Source: an uncultured Methanomassiliicoccales archaeon
GTDB taxonomy: Archaea; Thermoplasmatota; Thermoplasmata; Methanomassiliicoccales; UBA472
Assembly: GCA_963695345.1 (NCBI GenBank)
Contig: OY968769.1
Location: forward strand, 256,001 to 320,000
Reading direction: 5' to 3'
Length of the DNA stretch: 64,000 bases
Both the position numbers and the translations under genes were made by a program. The notes beneath the pieces are model-generated. The model ran no database searches, was not told the origin of the DNA, and saw nothing but the letters and a program-made list of their open reading frames with translations. Positions 43,258 to 52,414 of this stretch are shown one piece after another (position 1 is the stretch's first letter; the number at the start of each line of letters is the position of its first letter).

Positions 43258-43884
43258 TCACTTGCGGGCGTGGTCCTCGACCCTTACCCCGATCTTCTGG
43301 CAAAGCTCAAGGAAAGCCTGCCTGCGCTCCTCCTGGTCCTCTGTGTTGAACCGCAGCAAGAACGGCCTCTGGGCCCAATCGAACGGCATTTCAGCCTTGC
43401 CATGGACGAACAGGAGCATCGCGGCGATGTTCACAGCAACATCCCCCTCCCGTTCCTGCACCCCGCGGAAGAGTTCATCGACCACCTCGGGCGGATGGAA
43501 CTCCTCGACCAGGTCCAGGGCATGAGATAGCCCGTCATTGATGGCGCAAGCTCTGAGGCAACCTACAATAGCCTCCACCTTCTCATCCCGATTAACATTG
43601 TCAGGGGAATAGCTGATCACCGCCATCCTTACCCGGTGATCCCCCTCCAGGAACGCTTCCCGGATAGCTTTCCTCGATGATGGCGTGTCTATCTCGGCCA
43701 GCGCTTCGATGTCCCGCCAATCCCGACCTTTGCTGGAGATCACCAGCTTTTCTATGGCCAGGCGTTCGTCCGGGGAGGCTTCGCCTATCGCTTCCAGGTC
43801 ATAACCGATCCCGTCATGCCATTTCTCAAAATCTATTATCATGCTCCGCGCAAAACGGCTCAGAGGGTCCGATGTGGGATCCAT
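43258..43884 (-). CDS. hypothetical alpha-helical (HEAT-like) protein (start uncertain)
   Basis: Long ORF with amphipathic helical pattern. Confidence 0.6.
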   Translation of the reverse strand: MDPTSDPLSRFARSMIIDFEKWHDGIGYDLEAIGEASPDERLAIEKLVISSKGRDWRDIEALAEIDTPSSRKAIREAFLEGDHRVRMAVISYSPDNVNRDEKVEAIVGCLRACAINDGLSHALDLVEEFHPPEVVDELFRGVQEREGDVAVNIAAMLLFVHGKAEMPFDWAQRPFLLRFNTEDQEERRQAFLELCQKIGVRVEDHARK

Positions 43885-44151
43885 AGTGGCCGGTTTGGCT
43901 TCCGATCCCTTGTCCTTCTCATGACCGCGGGCCCTTCGGACACGCGATTCCTTCACATCCGGTTGCGATAGGTTCGATGGCGCATCTCGGCCCGGTTCCA
44001 TTTCTGACTTGTTCGCTTTCCTCATGGGTCTCCCATCCATTCCACACAACTGCGCGCTTTGGAACGCGTATCATGATACCATTTCCACCGAATGTATCTA
44101 AAGCTGTCTGCCAAAAGGATAGATATACGCTCATCCTGATTCTCGTGTCCG

Positions 44152-45363
44152 ATGGACATAGAAAAGATAAGGGCCGATTTTCCCATCCTTTCACAGGGGG
44201 ATAAGAGCCCGGTCTACCTCGACACGGCGTGCCAGAGCCTCAGGCCCAGGCAGGTGGTCGAGGCCATGGACTCATACTATTACGATTATCCAGCCTGCGG
44301 CGGCAGGAGCGTACACCGTCTGGCGACCCAGGTCTCGATCAAGGTCGACGAGGCGAGGGAGAATATCTCGGATTTCATCGGTTCCGATTCATATGACCAG
44401 ATCATCTTCACGAAGAACACCACCGAATCCATCAACCTGATCGCCCGCGGCCTTGGCCTCAAGAAGGGCGAGGCCGTGCTGACCACCGACATGGAGCACA
44501 ACAGCAATCATGTCCCATGGCTGCAGCTCAAGAAGACGGATGGCGTGGACCGGGTCATAGTGGAGACCCCTGAGGACGGGTCCTTCGACCTGGAGACCTT
44601 CAAGTCGGTTCTCAGCAAGAAGGTCAAACTCGTCAGCGTCGTCCACACGAACAACGTCACTGGCACGACCATCCCGGTGAAGGAGATCTGCGAGATATCG
44701 CACGACAACGGCTCTATGGTCATGGTCGACGGAGCCCAGTCGGCCCCCCACATGCGGGTAGATGTGGACGACATGGATGCCGATTTCTTCGCGTTCTCCA
44801 TGCACAAGATGCTCGGCCCCTCCGGCGTGGGCGTCCTCTATGGCAAGAAGGACCTGTTGAACAACGTGGCGCCCCTGATCGTCGGCGGAGGAGGGGTGAG
44901 CCTGACCACCTATGACAAGGTGGACCTGCTGCCGATACCGGAGAGGTTCGAATCCGGTCTGCTCAACTATGCCGGCATAATCGGTTCGGGAGCGGCCATC
45001 GATTACCTCAAGGGCATCGGCATGGATGAGGTGATGGAGCACGACATCGAATGCAATCGGATCGTCACCAAGGCCCTGGCAGACGAGGAAAAGATAACGG
45101 TCATCGGTCCCGGGGATCCGGAATCCCGAGGCAGCATCTTCTCATTCAATATCAGAGGAATGCGCTCGCATGATGTCGCCATGATCCTGGATGAGATGTC
45201 CGGGATGATGATCCGGTCGGGAATGCACTGCGTCCATCCATTCTTCCTTAAAAGGAATATCGACGGCGCCGCTCGGGCCTCGTTCTATGTCTATACCAGC
45301 AAGAAAGATTGCGAGCGCTTCGTTCAGGCGGTCAAGGAGACCGTCCGTTCCTTCGCCACCTGA
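44152..45363 (+). CDS. SufS-type (group II) cysteine desulfurase
   Basis: IRADFPIL, MEHNSN, DGAQS, FSMHKMLGPSG, RSGMHC. Confidence 0.92.
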   Translation: MDIEKIRADFPILSQGDKSPVYLDTACQSLRPRQVVEAMDSYYYDYPACGGRSVHRLATQVSIKVDEARENISDFIGSDSYDQIIFTKNTTESINLIARGLGLKKGEAVLTTDMEHNSNHVPWLQLKKTDGVDRVIVETPEDGSFDLETFKSVLSKKVKLVSVVHTNNVTGTTIPVKEICEISHDNGSMVMVDGAQSAPHMRVDVDDMDADFFAFSMHKMLGPSGVGVLYGKKDLLNNVAPLIVGGGGVSLTTYDKVDLLPIPERFESGLLNYAGIIGSGAAIDYLKGIGMDEVMEHDIECNRIVTKALADEEKITVIGPGDPESRGSIFSFNIRGMRSHDVAMILDEMSGMMIRSGMHCVHPFFLKRNIDGAARASFYVYTSKKDCERFVQAVKETVRSFAT

Positions 45364-45761
45364 ACCTGGATGATGCCTCTCACCCCCATGCCCTTGTTCA
45401 CGAGCAAGATATCGTCCCAGGACACCGTCAGATCGTCCGATCCATTGGCATGGGTGAGGACGATGGCGCAGTGCAGTGAAGCGTAACTCCTATCGGTGCC
45501 TTCCTGGATGCAGACATATCCCTTCGATATCAGCATCGAGGACCGGGCATCTGGCAGATAGTCAGCCACCGAAAGCCTGAAACTGACAAGGTCCGGTGTG
45601 TTGGAAACGGCGTCCAAGGCATCGGCCAACTGATCGACCCGACGTTGGGATTCGTCATCGGACACGGAACGGTCGATCCCGGAAAAGGCCAGGACCAATA
45701 CGCCGGTGACCGCGATGCCGCCGACGAACAGCCATACCTTGGAGAGGAAGAACTCCATCAT
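45324..45761 (-). CDS. minor pilin-like protein
   Basis: N-terminal hydrophobic helix followed by an amphipathic helix; overlaps the upstream pilin-like gene. Confidence 0.6.
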   Translation of the reverse strand: MMEFFLSKVWLFVGGIAVTGVLVLAFSGIDRSVSDDESQRRVDQLADALDAVSNTPDLVSFRLSVADYLPDARSSMLISKGYVCIQEGTDRSYASLHCAIVLTHANGSDDLTVSWDDILLVNKGMGVRGIIQVQVAKERTVSLTA

Positions 45762-46219
45762 GTGATCACCAGGACATATGCACCGGTGCCGGAGATGCTG
45801 TCGGACAGACAGGCGAAGGAGAGCCGGTCAGTGCCCGAGGTCAGTTGGTAGGGTTGGCCGCTGGAGGTGGTGACCCGTACTGCCGGGTCCGATAGGTAGA
45901 TGCGTTCGATCCCGCCCTCGTGGATCACCTTGATGACCATCGATTCGGTCCGGTTCAGATCCCCTCCGATCTCAATGGTGCATTCGATATTCCCGATCGG
46001 CGAATCCATCGTGCGCTGGTTGCCAGGACCGGAAATGTAGGTGGCGGTTATCGTTTCGCGAATTCGCTCGGCCGCGCTCAGGGCCATCGACTCAGAGGTC
46101 AGCGCCTGATAGTTGCCCATGCTGGATAGGATGACCGGTGCCGCGAGCGATATGAGAAGGGAGACGATTAGGAGCTTGAGGGGCATTCCCTCCAGCCCGC
46201 GCCGGTCCCTGATCGCCAA
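45758..46219 (-). CDS. archaeal type IV pilin-like protein
   Basis: Class III signal peptide RDRRG|LEGMPLKLLIV. Confidence 0.75.
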   Translation of the reverse strand: MAIRDRRGLEGMPLKLLIVSLLISLAAPVILSSMGNYQALTSESMALSAAERIRETITATYISGPGNQRTMDSPIGNIECTIEIGGDLNRTESMVIKVIHEGGIERIYLSDPAVRVTTSSGQPYQLTSGTDRLSFACLSDSISGTGAYVLVIT

Positions 46220-46223
46220 ACCA

Positions 46224-46700
46224 TCACCCCGAGATGACCGGGATGGTCAGACTGGTGTCCGTGCCGTAGCCGCTTTTGGTTACGGTGACGGAGACGAATC
46301 CCACCGCCTTTCCGGTCTGTGTCAACTGCATGTTGTAGAGAGTGATCTTCCCATCGGGTCCGGTCGTTCCATAGGGCCGGGTGCCATCGTTCTTCGCAAT
46401 ATTGCATCCTTCAAGTACGACCGTGGCTCCGGTCACTGGGTCCCCCTTTCCATCGGTCACGGTTATGGTCATGTCGACGTTGTCGACCTCGAAGATGCCA
46501 TCACCGTTCCCGTCGCGAGCCACAAGCTCCATCGGTGATGATGTCACGGAGCCGATCGATGGCGGCGCGTTCAGATTGCCCATCCATCCCAGCAGGACCG
46601 CGGAACCTATGCCGGCGATCAGTACCATGATCATCAGCTGCAAGGGCAGCCCCTCGATCCCCCCGCTCCTATCTTTCTTGAATTGTGTTCTCATCCTCAT
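46224..46700 (-). CDS. archaeal type IV pilin-like protein with Ig-like domain
   Basis: Class III signal peptide KKDRSG|GIEGLPLQLMIMV; VTDGKGDPVTGATV..TGPDG. Confidence 0.78.
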   Translation of the reverse strand: MRMRTQFKKDRSGGIEGLPLQLMIMVLIAGIGSAVLLGWMGNLNAPPSIGSVTSSPMELVARDGNGDGIFEVDNVDMTITVTDGKGDPVTGATVVLEGCNIAKNDGTRPYGTTGPDGKITLYNMQLTQTGKAVGFVSVTVTKSGYGTDTSLTIPVISG

Positions 46701-46869
46701 GTGAGCGCCTCTGAAATGGGAGCGCCCAAGAGGTCGTTAGTCGATGGTGTTACAATCAGACTACGTATTGGACTATTGATCGATATCAAATCGGTTGAAT
46801 CTGCTCAGATTGGACAAGTCAGGACCTTCCCTGGATCTTAGATGTCACCATCAGGGCATCATTTTTGCC

Positions 46870-47045
46870 GAGAATGTTCCAGGATCTTATCTCCATGCAC
46901 CGGGTACAACTCACTCGCGATCCCGGTAGCCGCTGGGGTCCTGTTCAACTACGGGATACTGCTGACACCGGCGGCGGGAGCGGTCCTCATGAGCGTTTCC
47001 ACCGTCGTGGTGGCGATCAATGCCAGGCTGCTTAGGCCTGGTTGA
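46870..47045 (+). pseudogene. C-terminal remnant of a Cu-type P1B ATPase
   Basis: [12 protein letters not shown]...[22 protein letters not shown], the last two TM helices only; no upstream domains. Confidence 0.8.
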
Positions 47046-47075
47046 TTCCACCGCCCGTGGAAACAGGAAGGCGTT

Positions 47076-47717
47076 TCACACCGGGTCGCCGAACTTGATC
47101 TTGACCTCTTTGACGTCCCATATGTTCCCGATCTTCTCCTTGATCTCTTCCTCGATGTTCGAAGCGAACAGGTTGTTAATGGCCAGGTCCAGGTCGATCG
47201 ATACGACCCCTTCCTCCACCTTGATCTCCTTGACCATTTCCGTCCTGACGATGTCCAGACCGGCCAGCGGGTTCATGACCGTCTTCAGACGGCGCTGGAC
47301 TATCTCAACGGTGGTCGGTATCTTTTCCTTTATCAGACCGTGCCTTTCCTCATAGTTGGTGATCGCCTCGTGGAGAGCCTCAACCGCCAGCACGGAACAG
47401 TGCACCTTGACCTTTGGCAATCCGCCCAAGGCATCCGCCGCATCCCTCCAGCTGATCTCCTTGGCCTTGTCGATCGTCTTCCCCTTGGCAAGTTCGGTGA
47501 TGATGGACGCCGTCGCGATATTGGACGCGCATCCGTACGATTCGAACTTGATATCGGTGATGACCTTGGTCGCCTCTTCCACCATGATGTACAGCGCCAC
47601 CATGTCTCCACAGGCCGGGCTGCCCACCATCGCCTTGCCATCGGCGTTCTCGATCTTGCCTACGTTCTTGGGGTTCTTGAAGTGCTCCAGCACCGTCTCG
47701 TTGTATGGGAATTTCAT
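47076..47717 (-). CDS. iscU: IscU scaffold fused to a C-terminal DUF59/SufT-like domain
   Basis: GSPACGD, YGCASN, KVHCS, then L..VMNP..GLDIV...V.EI.V. Confidence 0.85.
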   Translation of the reverse strand: MKFPYNETVLEHFKNPKNVGKIENADGKAMVGSPACGDMVALYIMVEEATKVITDIKFESYGCASNIATASIITELAKGKTIDKAKEISWRDAADALGGLPKVKVHCSVLAVEALHEAITNYEERHGLIKEKIPTTVEIVQRRLKTVMNPLAGLDIVRTEMVKEIKVEEGVVSIDLDLAINNLFASNIEEEIKEKIGNIWDVKEVKIKFGDPV

Positions 47718-47727
47718 TTCCTCACCA

Positions 47728-48897
47728 TCACTTCTTCAATGGACTGATCCTTCTCAGGTTGGCTATGATCTCCGCGCATGATTCGACCGCCGCGTCCACG
47801 TCATCCATGTCGTTGAACCGGCTCAGGCTGAACCTTATGGAACCGTGGGCCCTTTCATGGTCACCGCCGATGCCCATGATGACATGACTGGCCTCGAGGG
47901 TCCGGCTGAAACAGGCGGAGCCTGTGCTCACCTCGAAACCCCTCATGTCCAGATGCAGGGTGATCGATTCTCCCTCGACGTAATGGAAGGTGATGTTGGC
48001 GTTCTGCGGTGTCCTCTTCGTCGCGGAACCATTGAGCATCGTCTGGGGAACGGCTTCCAGCATGCGCTTGATAAGGCTGTCCCGCAGGCCCCTGATGTAG
48101 TCGTTCTCCTCATCGGACACCAGATCGGCCGCCTTGGCGAAACCGATGATCCCGGGGATGTTCTCCAGTCCGGCCCTCCGGTTGGACTCCTGGAACCCGC
48201 CATCCATCCACTTGGATATCTGTGTCCCTTTCCGGATGTACAGTCCGCCGACCCCCTTCGGCCCGTGAATGGTATGGGCTGAGATCGTCAGCAGGTCGAC
48301 ATGTAGCTTTGACACGTCCAGGGGGATCCTCTTGAAGGTGTGGGTGGCGTCGGCGTGATACAGCACACCCTTATCATGACAGATATCCGCTATGGCCTTG
48401 ATCTCCTGGACCGTGCCGATCTCCTGGTTGGCGTGCTGGATGGAGACCAGGACGGTCTCCGGGGTGATGCTCGCCTGGAGCTTGTCCAGGTCGACGAAGC
48501 CTTCCCCGTCCACCTCCAGGAATGTCACCTGGTTGCCTTCCTGTTCCAGGGTCTTGGCGCTGTTCAGGACGGGGAAGTCCTCCAATTTGGAGACGATTAG
48601 GTGTTTCCCCTTCTTCCGGTTCGCCTTGACCACGCCCTTCACCGCCGTGTTGCTCGATTCAGTGTCGCCGGAAGTGAACACCAGCTCCTCGGGTAACGCC
48701 CCCAGGTGCTTGCCCAGGGTGGCCCTGGCCTCGTCCAATGCCTCCCTCGAGTCCAGTCCCATGGAGTATCCGAACTCGGATGTGGCCACCGCGTAGTGCT
48801 CCAGGAAGAATGGTCTCATCGCCTCTAGCACCCGCTCGTCCAACCTGGTCGTGGCCGAATTGTCCAAATAATGTACCTTGCCTTCCATTTCCATCAT
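47728..48897 (-). CDS. iscS: IscS-like protein lacking the PLP-binding lysine
   Basis: DNSATT, NQEIGTVQ, STGSACFS present, but SAHT replaces SxHK and EDFP replaces EHxA. Confidence 0.85.
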   Translation of the reverse strand: MMEMEGKVHYLDNSATTRLDERVLEAMRPFFLEHYAVATSEFGYSMGLDSREALDEARATLGKHLGALPEELVFTSGDTESSNTAVKGVVKANRKKGKHLIVSKLEDFPVLNSAKTLEQEGNQVTFLEVDGEGFVDLDKLQASITPETVLVSIQHANQEIGTVQEIKAIADICHDKGVLYHADATHTFKRIPLDVSKLHVDLLTISAHTIHGPKGVGGLYIRKGTQISKWMDGGFQESNRRAGLENIPGIIGFAKAADLVSDEENDYIRGLRDSLIKRMLEAVPQTMLNGSATKRTPQNANITFHYVEGESITLHLDMRGFEVSTGSACFSRTLEASHVIMGIGGDHERAHGSIRFSLSRFNDMDDVDAAVESCAEIIANLRRISPLKK

Positions 48898-49398
48898 CTC
48901 GAATGAAGTCTGATCCCGTTTATCGTCGGCGTGCAATGGGACGTGGACAGCCTGGATCTTACATGGACCCTGCCCAAGGTTCTATCTCCTGACCGCGATC
49001 ATTTTGTATTGGTTAAGGGGTCGATTTTGGGCCATTTTCCTGGTCATACCCAAGGCACTGCAAACGGAAGGTTAGTATTCCGTTTCCCGACCCTACCGAT
49101 ATGGTCCAAGACGGATCCTTTCAGGGTCAACGATTGTTCTCCAGTCCGCCCTTCTTTAATTTTGCTATGTTGCCGGTTGTTCGGTAGAGGAAGAATGGCA
49201 AATGAATGATATTTAACTATTGTTATATGTCATGTCGGTCCGTAAGGCAAGACCAGAGGATGACTCGCGACGTCGATATCAGTTCCCGAAACGGTCAGAG
49301 CAATTATCGATTTCACCTCTGGTCGATCATGAATATCCCTATCAATTTTGATAACCATCCAATCGGATTTTATAAGATAGGACGCCGATAGTAAAAGA

Positions 49399-49770
49399 GT
49401 GGCGGAAAAACAGTTCCTTGATTCATCTAGGCTATTGGCCGAGAAGCTTTCGGTGAGGATACTCCTAGCCACGATGAAGAATCCCCGGTCGGCTTTTGAA
49501 CTCAGCAACAACCTGGGAATTCCGATCGCGCTCTGCTTCCGCAAGATCAAGCAGCTAGAGGATGTCGGTTTGATCGCATGCGTGGAAAGGGAGCTCACCA
49601 AGGAAGGGAAGAGGGTCAGTCGTTTTCGGTCCAACCTCAGGAATGGCCGCATTGTCCTGAAGAGGAACCAGGTCCAGGCCCGGATCGAACTTTTCGATGG
49701 TTCGACCCAGGAAGTGAAGTACGATATCGAATTGCCCACCTTCCTGGACAAGACCCCTGAGACTGTATGA
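49399..49770 (+). CDS. winged helix-turn-helix protein (ArsR-like)
   Basis: RILLAT...SAFELS..LGIPIALCFRKIKQLEDVGLI. Confidence 0.8.
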   Translation: MAEKQFLDSSRLLAEKLSVRILLATMKNPRSAFELSNNLGIPIALCFRKIKQLEDVGLIACVERELTKEGKRVSRFRSNLRNGRIVLKRNQVQARIELFDGSTQEVKYDIELPTFLDKTPETV

Positions 49771-50088
49771 ACCTCATTGCCGGGGAAATGGGCTAATGCA
49801 CTAACCGTTCACTCAGGAATCTGGCCGTTACATTTCTAAAAAGACCGATGACGCATGGTCATAGGGTTGAGGTACCTACCTCGGGGCTCCAAAAACCTCT
49901 CCGCATTTCGCAATCGGGTCTGGACGAGGCATGAAAGAAGTCCCTGAAGGAATAAAACCACGCAACCCGAAGCGGCGCTACGATTATCGCCAAGGAAATG
50001 ATGGCATCCAAGCGGGTAAGCTTTATCTAAACAATGATTATACCGAGAAAGAGCGTCGCATGCTACGGCGTGTCTCAGGTGCGTCAGA

Positions 50089-51477
50089 ATGTTCAACCGT
50101 GTCCTAGTGGCAAACAGAGGCGAGATCGCGATAAGGATCATCAAGACCTGCAAGAGACTTGGTGTTCCCACGGTCGCCGTTTATACGCCATCGGACAAGC
50201 ACTGCAAGCATGTCGGACTGGCCGACAGGGCGGTCGAGCTCCAGTCGAAGCCAGGCATGATCGGCTACCTGGACATGGACGCTATCTTCGATGTCGCCAA
50301 CCGGATGAAGGTGGAGGCGATCCATCCCGGATATGGATTCCTGTCCGAGAAGGCCGAGTTCTCCGAGCGCTGCGAGGAGGAGGGTCTCTCGTTCATCGGA
50401 CCGAACCCGCGGGCCATGAAGCTGCTCAGCACGAAACTGGGTTCCCGCGCTTTCATGACCAAGGTCGGTGTCCCGGTCATGCCCGGTGTCCTGGAACCGC
50501 TCAAGGACGCCGAGGACGCTAAGAAGCAGGCCAACCGCATCGGTTACCCGGTCATGCTGAAAGCCTCCGGCGGAGGCGGCGGGCGGGGGATGAGGGTCGT
50601 CAACGACGACGCGGAGATGGACGACGCGTTCACCTCGGCCAGGAACGAGGCCACCAAGGCGTTCAACAATCCTACCATTTACATGGAGAAGGCGTTCCTT
50701 CGCGGACGCCACATCGAGTTCCAGGTGGTGGGCGACTCGCGCGGCAACGCCTACTGCCTGGGCGAGAGGGAATGCTCCGTCCAGCGCCGTCACCAGAAGA
50801 TCCTGGAGGAGACGCCGTCCTGCGCCGTGAACGAGGAGATGCGGGAGCGCATTGGCACCCTGGTCAAGGAAGCGGTGAAGAAGGCCGGCTACACCTCACT
50901 GGGGACGTTCGAGTTCCTGATGGGGGACGGCCATCTGTACTTCATGGAGGCCAACTGCCGTATCCAGGTCGAGCACCCGATCACCGAGGTGTGCACCGGG
51001 CTGGACCTGGTGGAGATGCAGCTGTCCATCGCCACCGACAAGGATGTCACCAAGGAACTGGGCTCCGTCCACCCGAAGGGGCATGCCATGGAGTTCCGTA
51101 TCAACGCCGAGAACCCGTTCAACAACTTCATGCCCACCCCCGGCCGGATCGAGAAATACCTGGAGCCGGCAGGGGAGAACATCCGCATCGATTCCCACGC
51201 ATACGAAGGATACGTCGTCCCCACCGAGTTCGACAACCTCCTGGCGAAACTGATCGTCTACGGCAAGGACCGGACCGAGGTGCTGAACAAGGCCCGGGAC
51301 GCCCTGGACCGGTACACGGTCACCGGGATCAAGACCACCATCCCGTACCACCGGCTGGTCGTCCGGAACCATGAGTTCATCGATGGTAACTACAACATCG
51401 AGTTCGTGAAGGACCATCCTCCGGCGGAGATGCTGAAACAGACCGAGTTCTCGATGTTCGAGAACTACGGTGCCTGA
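50089..51477 (+). CDS. biotin carboxylase (pyruvate carboxylase subunit A-like)
   Basis: ANRGEIA, HPGYGFLSE, GGGGRGM, RECSVQRRHQK, RIQVEH, RINAE. Confidence 0.93.
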   Translation: MFNRVLVANRGEIAIRIIKTCKRLGVPTVAVYTPSDKHCKHVGLADRAVELQSKPGMIGYLDMDAIFDVANRMKVEAIHPGYGFLSEKAEFSERCEEEGLSFIGPNPRAMKLLSTKLGSRAFMTKVGVPVMPGVLEPLKDAEDAKKQANRIGYPVMLKASGGGGGRGMRVVNDDAEMDDAFTSARNEATKAFNNPTIYMEKAFLRGRHIEFQVVGDSRGNAYCLGERECSVQRRHQKILEETPSCAVNEEMRERIGTLVKEAVKKAGYTSLGTFEFLMGDGHLYFMEANCRIQVEHPITEVCTGLDLVEMQLSIATDKDVTKELGSVHPKGHAMEFRINAENPFNNFMPTPGRIEKYLEPAGENIRIDSHAYEGYVVPTEFDNLLAKLIVYGKDRTEVLNKARDALDRYTVTGIKTTIPYHRLVVRNHEFIDGNYNIEFVKDHPPAEMLKQTEFSMFENYGA

Positions 51478-52029
51478 AGAACGACCTCGGCAACGGTCGT
51501 GTAGGTAGGTCCTTTCGCACCGAGAACGCTCTTCTTCAGTCTTATCGAGCGTACCGCCCTGGTGCCGAAATCATGTTCCCTGAAGCGCTCGATGATGCCC
51601 TTGACCTGCTCCGTACCCGGTCGGGTCCTTCATCCTGCCGACGGTCAGGTGGGGAGAGAACGGTCTTTCCTCCCTTTCGAAGCCGAGGCGGGCACATTCC
51701 TCGTCCAGGACCTTGGCGATGCCCACCAGCGGTTCCGCCCCCTGCATGCCCACCCAGACCACCCGGATATTGCTCGCCGAAGGGAACGATCCCATGCCCT
51801 TCAGCGTGATATCGAAAGGCGGCACGCCCTTCACCGCCTTGTCCATCGCCTCGATGATCTTCGGAATGGCCGCCTCGTCCGTTTCGCCCAGGAACTTGAG
51901 CGTGACATGGACAATGTCCATGGCCACCGGCCTCATGCCGCCGCCTACCTTGCGCAGTTCGCGGTCGAGCTTGACCAGTTCGCCGATGTCGGAGATGTCG
52001 ACGGAGATGAAACCCCTGAAAATACCCAT
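51465..52029 (-). CDS. thpR: RNA 2',3'-cyclic phosphodiesterase (2H family); frameshift near 51610
   Basis: HVTLKFLG and FSPHLTVGR 2H motifs; shifted frame gives LKKSVL..GPTY. Confidence 0.88.
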
Positions 52030-52047
52030 GATAACACCCTGATCCGA

Positions 52048-52221
52048 CTACTTTTCCGAGAACTCGGTGCCGCACTTCTTGCACTTCACCGTGTAATGCT
52101 TGCCGCTACCGTTCTGCTTTTGAACGGCCACATACTCGGTGCATCCGCATTTTTCGCAGGAGACCTGTTCTTCCCCTTCCTCATCCTCACAGCTCGCGGC
52201 CTTCTTCGGTTTCGGCGCCAT
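52048..52221 (-). CDS. small zinc-ribbon protein (57 aa), absent from the ORF track
   Basis: MAPKPKKAASCEDEEGEEQVSCEKCG...VKCKKCGTEFSEK, two CxxCG motifs. Confidence 0.7.
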   Translation of the reverse strand: MAPKPKKAASCEDEEGEEQVSCEKCGCTEYVAVQKQNGSGKHYTVKCKKCGTEFSEK

Positions 52222-52414
52222 TGCATAAGGAAAGGTCTGGTCATCCTATAACCTATTGCATCCTTTCCGTGAAAAATACCTGAAAGGCAGGCTTCCCCGG
52301 TCATGGCACTCTCCGATCGATCTCCGTACGGAGGGCGGATGAGGTAAACATTTTGAAATCGTTCCATGCATCATATCCAGGAGCTGAGACGCTAGAGAAC
52401 CGGTCGATTCATCC

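Noticed and set aside
50089-51477. Orphan biotin carboxylase as a novel pathway
   Set aside because: Partner subunits are often encoded elsewhere, so absence from this window is uninformative.
52048-52221. Ribosomal protein L40e or a similar zinc-finger r-protein
   Set aside because: Cys spacing and the acidic stretch do not match, and the expected basic C-terminus is missing.
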